A stretch of DNA of 20,000 bases from Catajapyx aquilonaris (lineage: Eukaryota), in NCBI GenBank assembly GCA_000934665.2, contig KZ538465.1, forward strand, positions 48,422-68,421, written 5' to 3'. Shown piece after piece: positions 1 to 10,079 of this stretch (positions are counted from its first letter, which is position 1; each line of letters begins with the position of its first letter). The notes beneath the pieces were generated by a model. It saw only the letters and a program-made list of their open reading frames with translations. It was not told where the DNA came from and made no database searches. Both the position numbers and the translations under genes were made by a program.

Positions 1-97
1 CAAAGAGAGGGTAGGTGGCGCCCTACTAATTATAGTGAGCAAAGGTAGAATTAATCTGAATATGCCCATTGCAGGGCCTGCTGTCACGTGACCTAAT

Positions 98-99
98 CA

Positions 100-165
<66 letters not shown>

Positions 166-307
166 ATTATTATTGTTGTTGTTGTTGTTATTATTATTAT
201 TATTATTATTTGTTATAAGCCACGCGCTTATTGGTATCAGTTAAGAATAATTATTTATTATTAATAATAAATAATGATGGCGATGATGATGACAATAATA
301 CTAATAC

Positions 308-354
<47 letters not shown>
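98..354. repeat. Compound trinucleotide microsatellites (TAT)n/(TGT)n and (TAA)n
   Basis: Directly visible runs at about 98-210 and 293-354. Confidence 0.95.
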
Positions 355-356
<2 letters not shown>

Positions 357-650
357 CAAAAATTATATAGTTACGGAGTGATAAAATGAAACTGATCAAA
401 TGAAAATAATAATTTATTATTCAAAAATTAGAAATCAGCAGTAAATGAAAATAAAACAAGTCAACATTAAATAGAAGGATGATATGTGTATAATAAAACA
501 ATAGCATTAAATATAATACGTGGGATATTATGGAAAATATACGTGATGTTTTAAATAATAATGAAATGTAATAAATCTACTAAACAAAACAATGAACAAT
601 GACAGGTGAAATAGCCTACTGCTATCCTGCTAATAAAATAAATTAATGAA

Positions 651-847
651 AATCAATTGATCAAAATGAAATCGTAATAAAATAAATTAACAATCAATTG
701 ATCGAAATGAAATTGTAATAAAATAATAATTAACAATCAATCGATCGAAATGAAATTGTAATAAAATAATAATTAACAATCAATTGATCGAAATGAAATT
801 GTAATAAAATAAATTAACAATCAATGGATCGAAATGGGATTGTAATA
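651..847. repeat. AT-rich minisatellite, 41-43 bp unit, about 4.7 copies
   Basis: Unit AATCAATTGATCGAAATGAAATTGTAATAAAATA(AT)AATTAAC starts at 651, 692, 735, 778 and 819. Confidence 0.9.
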
Positions 848-1167
848 TCAAATGTGTATAAAATTGACATATGAGAGATAAAATGAGTGTAAAATGAGTG
901 CATTAAATTGACACTTATTTGAGCATGAAATGGGTATACGAAATGAGCATAAAATGACAGACGAACTTTTCGCCTTTTTTATATGCAGAGAAGATTGCGT
1001 ACATTCAATTTAACTGTACATAGGAATCGTGAATCATATAGTATAAGTGGGGCGACATTTAATGCTGTTAATTTTTCAAGCTCATTATTCTCAGTAATGA
1101 GGTAGTATAATGAAGATGGGGGCACAAATACATAAATATGATCATCTTGGTGTTCACGAGCTCAACG

Positions 1168-1274
1168 GGTTGAATTTTCGTCCCACTGCTTGTTATACTA
1201 GCACCACTATAACAAGTGCCAACAATGGCACTGCTAAGTTAGCAGTGAACTAGCAGTGGGACGAAAATTCAACC
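1168..1274. mobile_element. 107-bp MITE-like element with perfect 23-bp terminal inverted repeats
   Basis: GGTTGAATTTTCGTCCCACTGCT (1168-1190) is the exact reverse complement of 1252-1274. The interior is also palindromic. No clear TSD. Confidence 0.7.
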
Positions 1275-1284
1275 AATTTTGATA

Positions 1285-1883
1285 CTAAACCAATAATGCT
1301 TTGGCCTGCTTCTTTGAATGTAATTTGCTTCTGTGTCGCACTAGTGCAGATTTGGTCACGAAGGACTTCCCGCAATGTTTGCACGAGAACGGCCGCTCGC
1401 CCGTGTGCGTCCTGATGTGAATTGTAACCTGTCCGGCCGTCGTGAAGAGCTTGCCGCAAAACTTGCAGGGATGGAGCTTCTCCATGCTGTGAACTGTCCT
1501 GTGCAAAGCCAGGTCATGCCTAGTACGATACGATTCGCCACAAGTCTCGCACACGTATGTCGGAGCATCCGAGTGTGTCTTTGAATGCCGTTCTAAGTTA
1601 CTCCTGTTGCTAAACGCCATGCTGCACACACCGCAATCGTACGGCTTCTCCCCGGTGTGTACCCGCCGGTGCAGGACCAACACATTGTTGCGGGAGAACG
1701 ACTTCCCACATGTCTCACACACATGGAGCTTAACCGTCTGATGCAAGCCAAGTTCAAGCGGATCATGAGCATCGTCAGCCGCATCCGGCGCAGCCACCAG
1801 CATCTCCTCCTCCTCCTCCTCTTCCGTCTTCACCTGAACCTGCCAAGTGTCCTCCTCAACCTTCACGTTCAGCATAGACATTT
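1285..1883 (-). CDS. C2H2 zinc-finger protein ZNF-A (5 fingers), main exon; probable upstream exon 2002-1946
   Basis: Five CxxC-x12-Hx3-4H fingers with TGEKP/TGERP linkers. Acceptor tttacag precedes 1883. A putative 62-nt intron (1945-1884) joins an in-frame 57-nt exon. The true 5' end is uncertain because of the gap at 2096-2189. Confidence 0.92.
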
Positions 1884-2095
1884 CTGTAAACAATAAACGA
1901 CAAGTAAACGACTGCGATTGAACCGCAAGTTATGACCTACAGTACCGGAGTGATCTCCTCCGCTTCTTGTCGACTGCTGAAGGGCTATCTGCTGAAGGCA
2001 ACCTGCAGCTCCAAAAGTAATTGTAAATAAATAATTACTGGTAATTAGTGGGTATGACCTGACATCTGGGGGGGGGGGGGAGGGGGGAAGACAGG

Positions 2096-2189
2096 NNNNN
2101 NNNNNNNNNNNNNNNNNNNNNNNNNNNNNNNNNNNNNNNNNNNNNNNNNNNNNNNNNNNNNNNNNNNNNNNNNNNNNNNNNNNNNNNNN
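2096..2189. other. Assembly gap (N run) flanked by poly-G
   Basis: Run of N. Confidence 1.
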
Positions 2190-2635
2190 GGGGGGGACAG
2201 ATCTAGACCGCATTCGAGTGGCTGGCAGGCAGATCTGCTCATCTGCAAAAATGTCCTAAATGCCATTGTTATTAATAGGCAGCTGAAGAGCAGCCTTTTC
2301 ATGCCCATTGTTGGGACCAGTCCATGCCGGAAGGACTTCCAGTTGATGATGAGTAGTTTCAGGTAATTAATTTGATCAGACTGAATTATAGAAGTCTCAG
2401 AAAAAAAAAACACCATTACCTGAGGCCCTAATATTCAACACGCTCAGGTAATACCAGCTTGAATTATAAAGGAATCAGTTAATCACCTAGTACTTTAGAT
2501 TATACCATTAATTAAGATGATGCAATTGCTTATATAGTGTGTAATCATAATTCGTGGAAAAAAACACAAAATGCACCACACACAATAATGCACAATCATA
2601 TACTGCTATGTGGACTACTACAAAAGTGCGGACAA

Positions 2636-2716
2636 TCCTAACCGTGGTTTTCTGTGGTTTTCCCATGGTCCCCCCAGGAGAATTCCGGGATTGGTTCCTA
2701 AATAACTAGACCACAG
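2636..2716 (+). mobile_element. Possible SINE-core-like fragment
   Basis: GTGGTTTTCTGTGGTTTTCCC...CCAGGAGAATTCCGGGATTGGTTCCTAAA...GACCAC resembles, from memory, the conserved central domain of insect tRNA-derived SINEs. Not verified by a search. Confidence 0.35.
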
Positions 2717-3447
2717 GGGATGGAGTTCCAGCATGTGTGGGAGCGGTCGTCCAAACCCATTATTATATCAAAAACTCCGCATTTGGCTCCTTGAAATAAG
2801 CTGTATGGAGTCTGCCAAGTAAGAATTTGGCTCCTTGGAAGGTTTTATAACAATGGCATGGCGTGCATGGATTTAAATCCAGAGAGAGGGGGGGGGGGGG
2901 GGGTNTGGATTTGTAGGAATTTAGTTCATATGTGGAGTTCCCCCTTCAAATTACAAGGATGCGTTGTTGTTCTTGAGGTGGGGGCGGAGGGAGTCTCCCA
3001 AGGGAGGGTGCTCGTCCGAGTCATTTCTGACTCTCTTTTAATACCAGACCTTTTCTGCAGGCGCTGGACAGAGAAGGGAGTGCGATTCTGCCCTGACACG
3101 GCGGGTGAAAAGCGGCAAAATACCCGACCAAGCTGAGGTGATCGGGGTGGGGGACAGAACCTCCGGACCTCCCGCTTGGCTGGCCCGTAGCAATAGGCCA
3201 CTGTGTCTCCCAACTGACTCCCTCCTGCATGTAACGCATGTTTAGTTTTGGTTCAAGAGGAACTCTCGCTCTGACTCCTGTCTGGCGCCATTGCTGTTGC
3301 CATATGCAATTGTCATGTTTAGTTTTAAGGGTAAGTCTCGCTCTGACTCCTGTCACCATTGCCATTGTCACCGCCACTCGGAGACCAAATTCTTGGACTT
3401 TGAGGTAAAAAATAAATAAAAAACTCCATACAGGTCAGTAATTTGGG

Positions 3448-3962
3448 GCCACAACACAGCGCAGAAGGGGACGTCGGTGGGGGCACTGGTGGCCTCCATG
3501 AATCCTGTGTACACCCGCTACTTCAGCACCGTGGCCATACATCGCCATGAGGAGGAGCTGTCCAACTTCATCGCCACCAACATGGTGCAGGCCTTGCACA
3601 AGTACAAGGAGACGAATGGCAAGCTACCGTCGCACATAATTTTGTACCGTGATGGTGTTGGTGAGGGACCGCCCAAGCAGGGGAACCCCAGCCCTGGGAC
3701 CATTGTGGACGACATCATCACTCTTCCGGAGAGGTATGACTTCTACCTGATCTCCCAGACGGTGCGGCAGGGGACGGTCTCGCCCACCAGCTACTCCATC
3801 ATCTTCGACACGCTAAATCTGGAGCCGGACAAGGTGCAGCGTCTTACCCACAAGATGTGCCACCTGTACTTCAACTGGAGTGGCACCATCCGCGTGCCTG
3901 CCCCCTGCCAGTACGCCCACAAGCTGGCCTACCTCGTTGGGGAGTACATACACACCGCCCAC
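3448..3962 (+). pseudogene. piwi: Piwi/Aubergine-clade PIWI-domain C-terminal fragment, intronless, with an internal in-frame deletion
   Basis: Motifs GALVASM, EELS, IILYRDGVGEG, NPSPGTIVDDIITLPERYDFYLISQTVRQGTVSPTSY and HLYFNWSGTIRVPAPCQYAHKLAYLVG are diagnostic of the PIWI clade. N/PAZ/MID domains, the GxDV motif, the roughly 45-aa segment containing KRINTRF and the terminal LxxL are absent. Confidence 0.9.
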
Positions 3963-4551
3963 TGCAGTATGTCGCTGCCATCGATAAATGCTACAGCAAC
4001 ATTGGCATCAATATTTTGATAAAATTCAGAATGTAATTGCTTCTAATAATTGGCAGTGCTTTCAATAAATCCTCTGTAAATGTTCAAACTTGGAGATAAA
4101 AATTACCTAAGCTGAACAGCCACTTTCAGTAACAATAGTCTGACATAATACCGCAACACCCATAAAAAAAATTACATCAGGACATTCACATGGGCCGGAT
4201 TTTAAATTTTTTGAACATGTTAATTATAATTGTAAGCGCTCTGTATTATAAGAGAACAATTGTTGGAGAAAAAAAAAATCATGTGACCAACACAACAACT
4301 TTCAGATCTATCCGGACCTGAACATATCAAATTTTGAAAAAAATTAGAAAGGTATTCGCATTCCACACAGCCTACATTATACAGATCAATTGAAGTACTT
4401 ACACTCGCAAATGAAACGCATTTAAATAACGCCGCCTGTATAAAAAATTATCAAATCTGATTGTAATTACTTAGCTTTTGGTTGACTTGCGCCAAAAAAA
4501 AGTCGTATAACTATGAAAGTGTGACATGTTCATATATATGTCATGCACTTA

Positions 4552-6814
4552 TCTAATACATATTTCAAGACCTATATCTGTCTGTCTGTCTGTCACCTAA
4601 ACAGATCCATACGGAGGCCTCCACATATGCCCCAGGGGTATCACCAGGGGTAGTTTTTTACCGGGAATAACATAGGCACATTGGAATTGACCTCCGAGGT
4701 CATCCTTGGCCACAGGAGGCGAAAAGGACTTTGGACGTTGGCCCCCTGTGTTCTAATAATGCTGTTTAGTTGCCCTGGAAACCATGTCCCTCCCTCCCTC
4801 CCTCTCTCTCTCTCTCCATTCCTCCCTCCCCCCCCTGCCACCACCTCCTCCAGCCCCTCAGTGTCATTACATTTCTACGTGGTGGCTGTACTTTGGTCAG
4901 TGCTTTTGCACTCACATTGGGTGCATACTTTATTGTTCCAATTTAGAATTTATTACACACTGTTGCCTTGGTTACGAGACTACTGGTGTGATTGGGTGAT
5001 GGTCACGTTTTGTTCATAATATTCAAAGAGTTCCATATATTGCTATGCTGGTATCTCATTTCAACACGGTGGCACGGTCCAGCTACGGCCTCGGGGCAGG
5101 CCCAGGGTTCGAGCTGGTGGTATACAAATGCGCTGTATGTAAGAATAGCGGTTTTGGGTTGTTTCTTCAGGGAGCCTGTCGGAATTTTCTTGGCGTACTT
5201 TTCCTGCATTACCTTTTCCTCTACGTATACTGTGTCATGTGCTTTTTGTCGGAATTCTCCTGTTCCGAACTGTGTTACGTTCTGTGTCGTGTAGTTTTCA
5301 ATCGTTTTGTTTTTATTTGTTTTTTCCCTCTTTGTAAATTTTGGACCTCCACATTCTCAGTGTATATTCAGAAGTCGTTATGGGATGTGGTTTAACGTGT
5401 TTAAGGTGTGGTATAAAGGTATAAGGTGTATAAGGTGTGCCATAATGTGGTCTACGTAGGTTTGTGTCATGCAGTTTTCAATCTTCTTTGCATTTGTTTG
5501 TTTTTTCACTTTCTAACGTTTGGACCTCCAGATTCTCAACACCCCACCGACTTTAACATGGGCCTAAAAACATAGCAGCATTGGCAGAAGCACATTGTAC
5601 ACACGCAGAGTTCGGCTAAGGGTGAGGGACCAATCAAGAGACTGAGGAAGAACACCAATCATGTCTCCACTCTATGAGAAACAGCGGCCATCAGTCGGAG
5701 ATTAGCTCCATTTTCTTCAACCCACCTCCTACATGCCGCTTTCCACTACTCAGCAGACATTGACAATAATTCTTCTGTCGGTGTTGTTGCAATTGGATCT
5801 ATGTCAGAGGTATGCCACCATTGTCAGGCAAAGAAGTGGAAGGGTGAAACAAAATCGATCTGTTGCTCCATTGGAAAGGTTAGCCTTCCTCTAGACTGGC
5901 TGAGCCTCCACAGCTACTTAAAATGCTTCTCTCAGGTACAGTACATCGTCTGATTCAAAACATTTCCTGAATACCATCAGAAATTACAATTTGGCCTTCC
6001 AGATGACATCTTTTGGGGCCAACGTTGTTAGACAAGGGGGCTTCATGCCTACATTCAAAGTGCAAGGGCAAATTTACCTTCGCATGGGATCACTCCTTCC
6101 TTCAGAAAATCACAGTCCGCGGTTTCTGCAACTTTACTTCGTGGGAAACATGCAACAGCAGGCGGAATACAGTTGCACCTACTTAAACGACACACGCCTC
6201 CACATCACACTGCAACTTCAGGAGATGATCCATTCCACTCACACTTACGTCAAAAGCGTCAAGCTTGCACTTGAGAGTCCTCCTCCTCTCGAATTTGACT
6301 TGGTCATCGATGCAGACAAGCGACCACAAGGTGAGCATCGTGGTCGATTCAATCAACCTTCTTGCAATGGGGCTGCTGTGATCATGAGTGGTCAGGATGA
6401 GCATGGTAATAAGAGGGAAATTGTGTTGAAGCTTCGAGACAACACGCTTCATCTATGCAATTATGAACGTAATTGGCTATACCAAATATTGCATGTGCAT
6501 CAAGTCCAGAAAACACACATTGGATATCAGATTGTAAGCTCTGCCATGCTGGAGCTTCTACACATTCTACATTTACTTCTACATTTACTGCACAACCTTC
6601 AATTTTTCATTACATACTTTTGCTGGATTTTGGAGGTGCATTGTGTATTACCTTACAATCTGACATCCGCAGTGTGGTGTTTGGACTTCATGCACATGCA
6701 ATATGCTCCATGTCATGGTATGCCAACATTGTATAGCCATAATTATTGCAAATCAATGAGTCACTCCTATGGAAAAGTATTTCATAACCCGAGCAACGCC
6801 GGGTATCCGGCTAG
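4552..6814 (+). mobile_element. Non-autonomous, internally deleted Helitron
   Basis: 5' A|TC at 4551/4552, followed by a (CTGT)n microsatellite at about 4577-4594. 3' hairpin ACCCG-agcaacgc-CGGGT (6787-6804), then CTAG|T (6811-6815). Internal RepHel N-terminal coding remnant. The 3' end is more certain than the 5' end. Confidence 0.8.
5792..6450 (+). pseudogene. Helitron RepHel N-terminal region remnant (Cys cluster plus pre-Rep region), frameshifted and truncated
   Basis: IGSMSEVCHHCQAKKWKGETKSICCSIGKVSLP / EPPQLLKMLL / SKHFLNTIRNYNLAFQMTSFGA...GFMPTFKVQGQIYLRMGSLLP...PRFLQLYF...GEHRGRFNQP...REIVL. Two frameshifts near 5895 and 5945. No HUH Rep core or Pif1 helicase seen. Confidence 0.88.
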
Positions 6815-6999
6815 TTGTCTATATAATTGCTGAACATTAACAAATTCACAGAATTTAAATATCTGATTGGCATTTAAATAATTATTTATTTCCAGCACTG
6901 CGCATTCCAATAGAGAACACCAGTCAGAACGCACCCTTAAAAAAAACTGTTTTTCTAAGACATCGGTAGCAACGCACCCTTTTTTTTATAAATAAATAA

Positions 7000-7011
7000 T
7001 CCAAGATGGCG
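7000..7011 (+). promoter_or_regulatory. YY1/Pho-type motif TCCAAGATGGCG upstream of the Harbinger-derived gene
   Basis: Matches the AAGATGGCG YY1/Pho consensus about 20 bp before the ATG at 7031. The identical 12-mer occurs upstream of ZNF-D. Confidence 0.45.
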
Positions 7012-7030
7012 ACTGTTCCACTCAGATAAA

Positions 7031-8508
7031 ATGGACGAGGATTTGCTCCTTGCTACGGCTGCCTTTGGGCTTTTCGCGATGGCATGCACGGTAGTAGAAA
7101 AGGTGCGGAAATGTCGGCGACGTAGGGGACCCACCAGGGATTTGGAACGACGGCGTCACGAGAGAGGAACTTACAACAACATACGTGAACTTCACTTCCA
7201 GGACAAGTAAGTCGTGTTCCAGGCACTTGACAACAACCCCCTTCATTTAGATTCTTCTTTTTTTTTCCAATAGCGAGTGGCTACGGATGGATACGTTCAA
7301 CTACTTGGCCGACCTGACCAGATCACGACTGACACGGCAAACAAGTTTGATGTGTGAAGCTGTATGCTCGGAGGAACGGCTTGCAGTTACGCTCAAGTAT
7401 CTGGCCACTGGAACCACCTTTAAAGAGTTGTCATGCGTGTTCCGGCTGGGGGAGAGGACCATTTCGTACATTGTTATCGAGACATGCTTGGTGTTAAGTG
7501 AGGTCCTAGCTGGCCTCATTCAATTCCCCCGAAATCCGTCAGCATGGGAAGACGTTGCTCTTGGATTTTGGGAACAATGGAATTTCCCCAGGTGCTTAGG
7601 CGCCATCGACGTGAAGCGTATCACTCTCAGAAAGCCGTTACTGTCCGGCTCACAAGGGATTGACCTTATGGCGGTTGTAGATTCGGACCTTAAGTTTATC
7701 TACGTCGACATTGGAACAAGCGGGGTTTGGGACGAGTGCAGATTGAGTAGGGAATTGGCCGAGGGGAAGATTGATCTCCCGAGGCACATGCCGTTGCCTG
7801 GGGAGACGCAGCAGATCCCTCATGTTTTTGTCGGTGATGACGCCTTCCCACTCAAACCTTACCTTATGAAGCCGTACGCCACGAGGAATCTGGCTTATGA
7901 GCAAAGGATTTTCAATTACCGGTAGGTGTGTTTCATGCAAAGGTTATTGCGGAGTAATTAAATATATTAATGTTAGGCTTTCACGAGCGGCGCGGTGCGT
8001 AGAGAGCGCCTTCGGAGTTCTCGCATACAGATTCCGTGTTCTCCTGAATCCCATGCTACTGCAGCCATCCCAGGCTACGATTGTCGTCCGTGCTTGCTGC
8101 ACCCTCCACAACCTGTTGCGGTCAAGAGCAACCTCCAGAGATGTGTACAGCCCAAAAAATCTAACAGACCAGGAAGACGAAAGCAGCGGACACATTACGC
8201 CGGGAATGTACGTATAATGTACCTCTTGCCGCCTAAAAGTGCTGTCCTTTTGTGTACATTTTATGCGAGAAAAGTGCACAATGAATTTGGCCAGAAATAA
8301 TCATGTGCATCAGGCCACCTCAACTTCTCTTTTGTTGAAATTACGCTTTTTAAATCATTTCAGATGGAGACAAGATGACCACTCGTATTCCATGCTTCCA
8401 ATCACCCCGCCAGCCAGAGGACAAAACGGTCTTACAGAAGCCGAGGAAGTACGACAGCGATTCAAGGACTTCTTCAACTCGCATGGCGCTGTACCTTTGT
8501 CAGGATAA
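7031..8508 (+). CDS. PIF/Harbinger transposase-derived protein (HARBI1/ALP1-like, DDE_Tnp_4 family), 399 aa; exons 7031-7206, 7274-7921, 7977-8207, 8364-8508
   Basis: Three GT-AG introns (67, 55, 156 nt) give one 1200-nt frame. Motifs: LRMD, EERLAVTLKYLATG (HTH), WNFPRCLGAID, FVGDDAFPLKPYLMKPY, IFNYRLSRAARCVESAFGVL, CCTLHN, VRQRFKDFF..GAVP. AATAAA at 8580-8585. Confidence 0.9.
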
Positions 8509-8786
8509 CTCGAAATTGCAATGAACTGTGCCTCTGGCGCAATGTAACACACAAAGAGGACAAAAAAGAGCGTAAGAACAATAAATCGGACGGTTTCTAC
8601 ACTTTCACCCAGAAATATTCCCCCGATGCTCATTTAAAAATAATTTTATTTAACAAACATGTCCATTGACAATGTAAATATAATTGCTAGCATTAGTCGC
8701 AAAAATATCGCTGAGTAACTGCAACTGCACATTATCATATGAAAATAACACCTCATGGAGCTCTTTAATAATATAACACAATCATT

Positions 8787-8996
8787 GCATATATAAAAGG
8801 CAAAGTTTGTCTGTATGTCCATGGCAACAGGCGTCCATAGCAACGGTTGTTAGTGGAAGCAGGCCACACGTGAAGATCAAGCTCGATTATCATCATTACA
8901 TATATAAGCCGCACAGTTTGTTTGTCTGACCATGGCAACAGGTGGTCATGGCAACAGGTGGTCATGGCAACAGGTGGTCATGGCAACAGGTGGTCA
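8787..8996 (+). repeat. Short interspersed element with duplicated head and 4x 16-bp tandem repeat CATGGCAACAGGTGGT
   Basis: Heads at 8787 and 8899. Perfect units start at 8931, 8947, 8963 and 8979. The head is similar to the reverse complement of 12845-12900. Confidence 0.8.
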
Positions 8997-9102
8997 GGGA
9001 ATCAAACTGTGGAAACAGTCCACTGCTGTGAAGATTTCCAGTATAATATAATAATAACTGTAATTTTAAGGGTGCACGTGACAACATGTGTGTAAAAATG
9101 CA

Positions 9103-9959
9103 TTATTTGGCAGCGTGTTTCCGCTTTATGTGCATCTTTAGAGTGGAGCGTACGACGAACGAGCGGTTGCAATATTCGCAAATGTATGGCCTCTCGCCTG
9201 TGTGTATTCGTGTGTGTTCAATCAAGTGGCATTTGAGAGTGAAGGACTTCCCGCAGGTTTCGCATGGGTATGGCCGCTCACCAGTGTGCGTCCGTCTGTG
9301 CTGCACCAAGTGTAGCTCCCACGAGAATCCTCGGTTGCAATACTCGCATGTGTAAGGAAGCCCGCCTGAGTGTGACTTCGCGTGGACGACCAGGTTGGAG
9401 CTCTTAGCGAACGACATGTTACAGCGCTTGCAAGTGTACTTTTTCTCGCCCGTGTGAGTACGTATGTGTGCGACGAACGCGCTGCTTTGAACGAACGACT
9501 TGCTGCAAATCCTGCATGTGTATGGCTTATCCCCGTTGTGAGTCGCGCGGTGTCTGACTAACTCGGAGTTGTGCGCAAATGTCTTATCACAGAATTCGCA
9601 TGCAAACGGCTTTTCCTCCACATGCACGTCCGCATGATCAGTCAGTGCCGTACGAGACGTGAAGGACTCGCTGCAAACGGTGCAAGTGAACGGCCGCTTC
9701 CCACCATGGGTCTTAAGGTGCGGTAACATCTGCCGCTTGGCATGAAACGACTTCTTACAAAATTCGCAACTGTAAGTGGATCTAGTGTGCGGCCCCTTTG
9801 ACTTCTCAGCTGCGGCTGAAGCATCCGGATCGTCTTCGGCATTGTCTGAAGCTTCAGGGGCTTGCGCTACTTCAACAACATCATCGTCCGAGTCGTCTAG
9901 TGTCACCTCTTCCTTAACCTCAGACTTCACTGTCGATCTATTCACCAGCGGCATCTGGT
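9103..9959 (-). CDS. C2H2 zinc-finger protein ZNF-B (8 fingers), main exon
   Basis: Eight canonical fingers with HTGEKK/HTGERP linkers and an acidic N-terminus (VKSEVKEE...DDSDDD). Acceptor ttgcag precedes 9959; in-frame ATG at 9954. Upstream exons not resolved. Confidence 0.95.
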
Positions 9960-10021
9960 CTGCAATTAATTAATTAATAAAAATTCATAATGCAAGGTCA
10001 AAATAACCATTCTACAGTTTC

Positions 10022-10022
10022 A

Positions 10023-10077
<55 letters not shown>
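10022..10077. repeat. (ATT)n microsatellite
   Basis: Uninterrupted trinucleotide run. Confidence 0.97.

Positions 10078-10079
<2 letters not shown>

Noticed and set aside
651..847. Regularly spaced repeats as a CRISPR-like array (also 8931-8996)
   Set aside because: Head-to-tail units without unique spacers, no cas genes, eukaryotic context.
1869..3377. ORFs spanning the gap and the 2858-3377 region
   Set aside because: They depend on N or poly-G runs or have no recognisable motif or consistent splice structure, apart from the small putative ZNF-A exon at 2002-1946.
3477..4019. Functional short PIWI-only protein or prokaryotic-Argonaute-like system
   Set aside because: Clearly animal PIWI-clade sequence; GTG start is not credible, the first catalytic Asp is missing and the tail after 3962 is non-homologous.
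3448..4551. Piwi fragment as cargo of the adjacent Helitron
   Set aside because: It lies about 590 bp outside the inferred 5' TC terminus at 4552, and no alternative upstream terminus was identifiable.
6450..6833. C-terminal half of the 280-aa ORF 5991-6833 as a novel fused domain
   Set aside because: Helitron similarity ends near 6450; the rest is low-complexity read-through running across the element terminus.
6840..8780. Complete autonomous Harbinger element around the transposase gene
   Set aside because: No terminal inverted repeats, TWA target duplication or second Myb/SANT ORF found by eye.
9086..9355. Plus-strand ORFs antisense to zinc-finger exons (also 1375-1584, 16080-16619, 18877-19083)
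   Set aside because: Typical shadow ORFs of C2H2 and acidic codon patterns.
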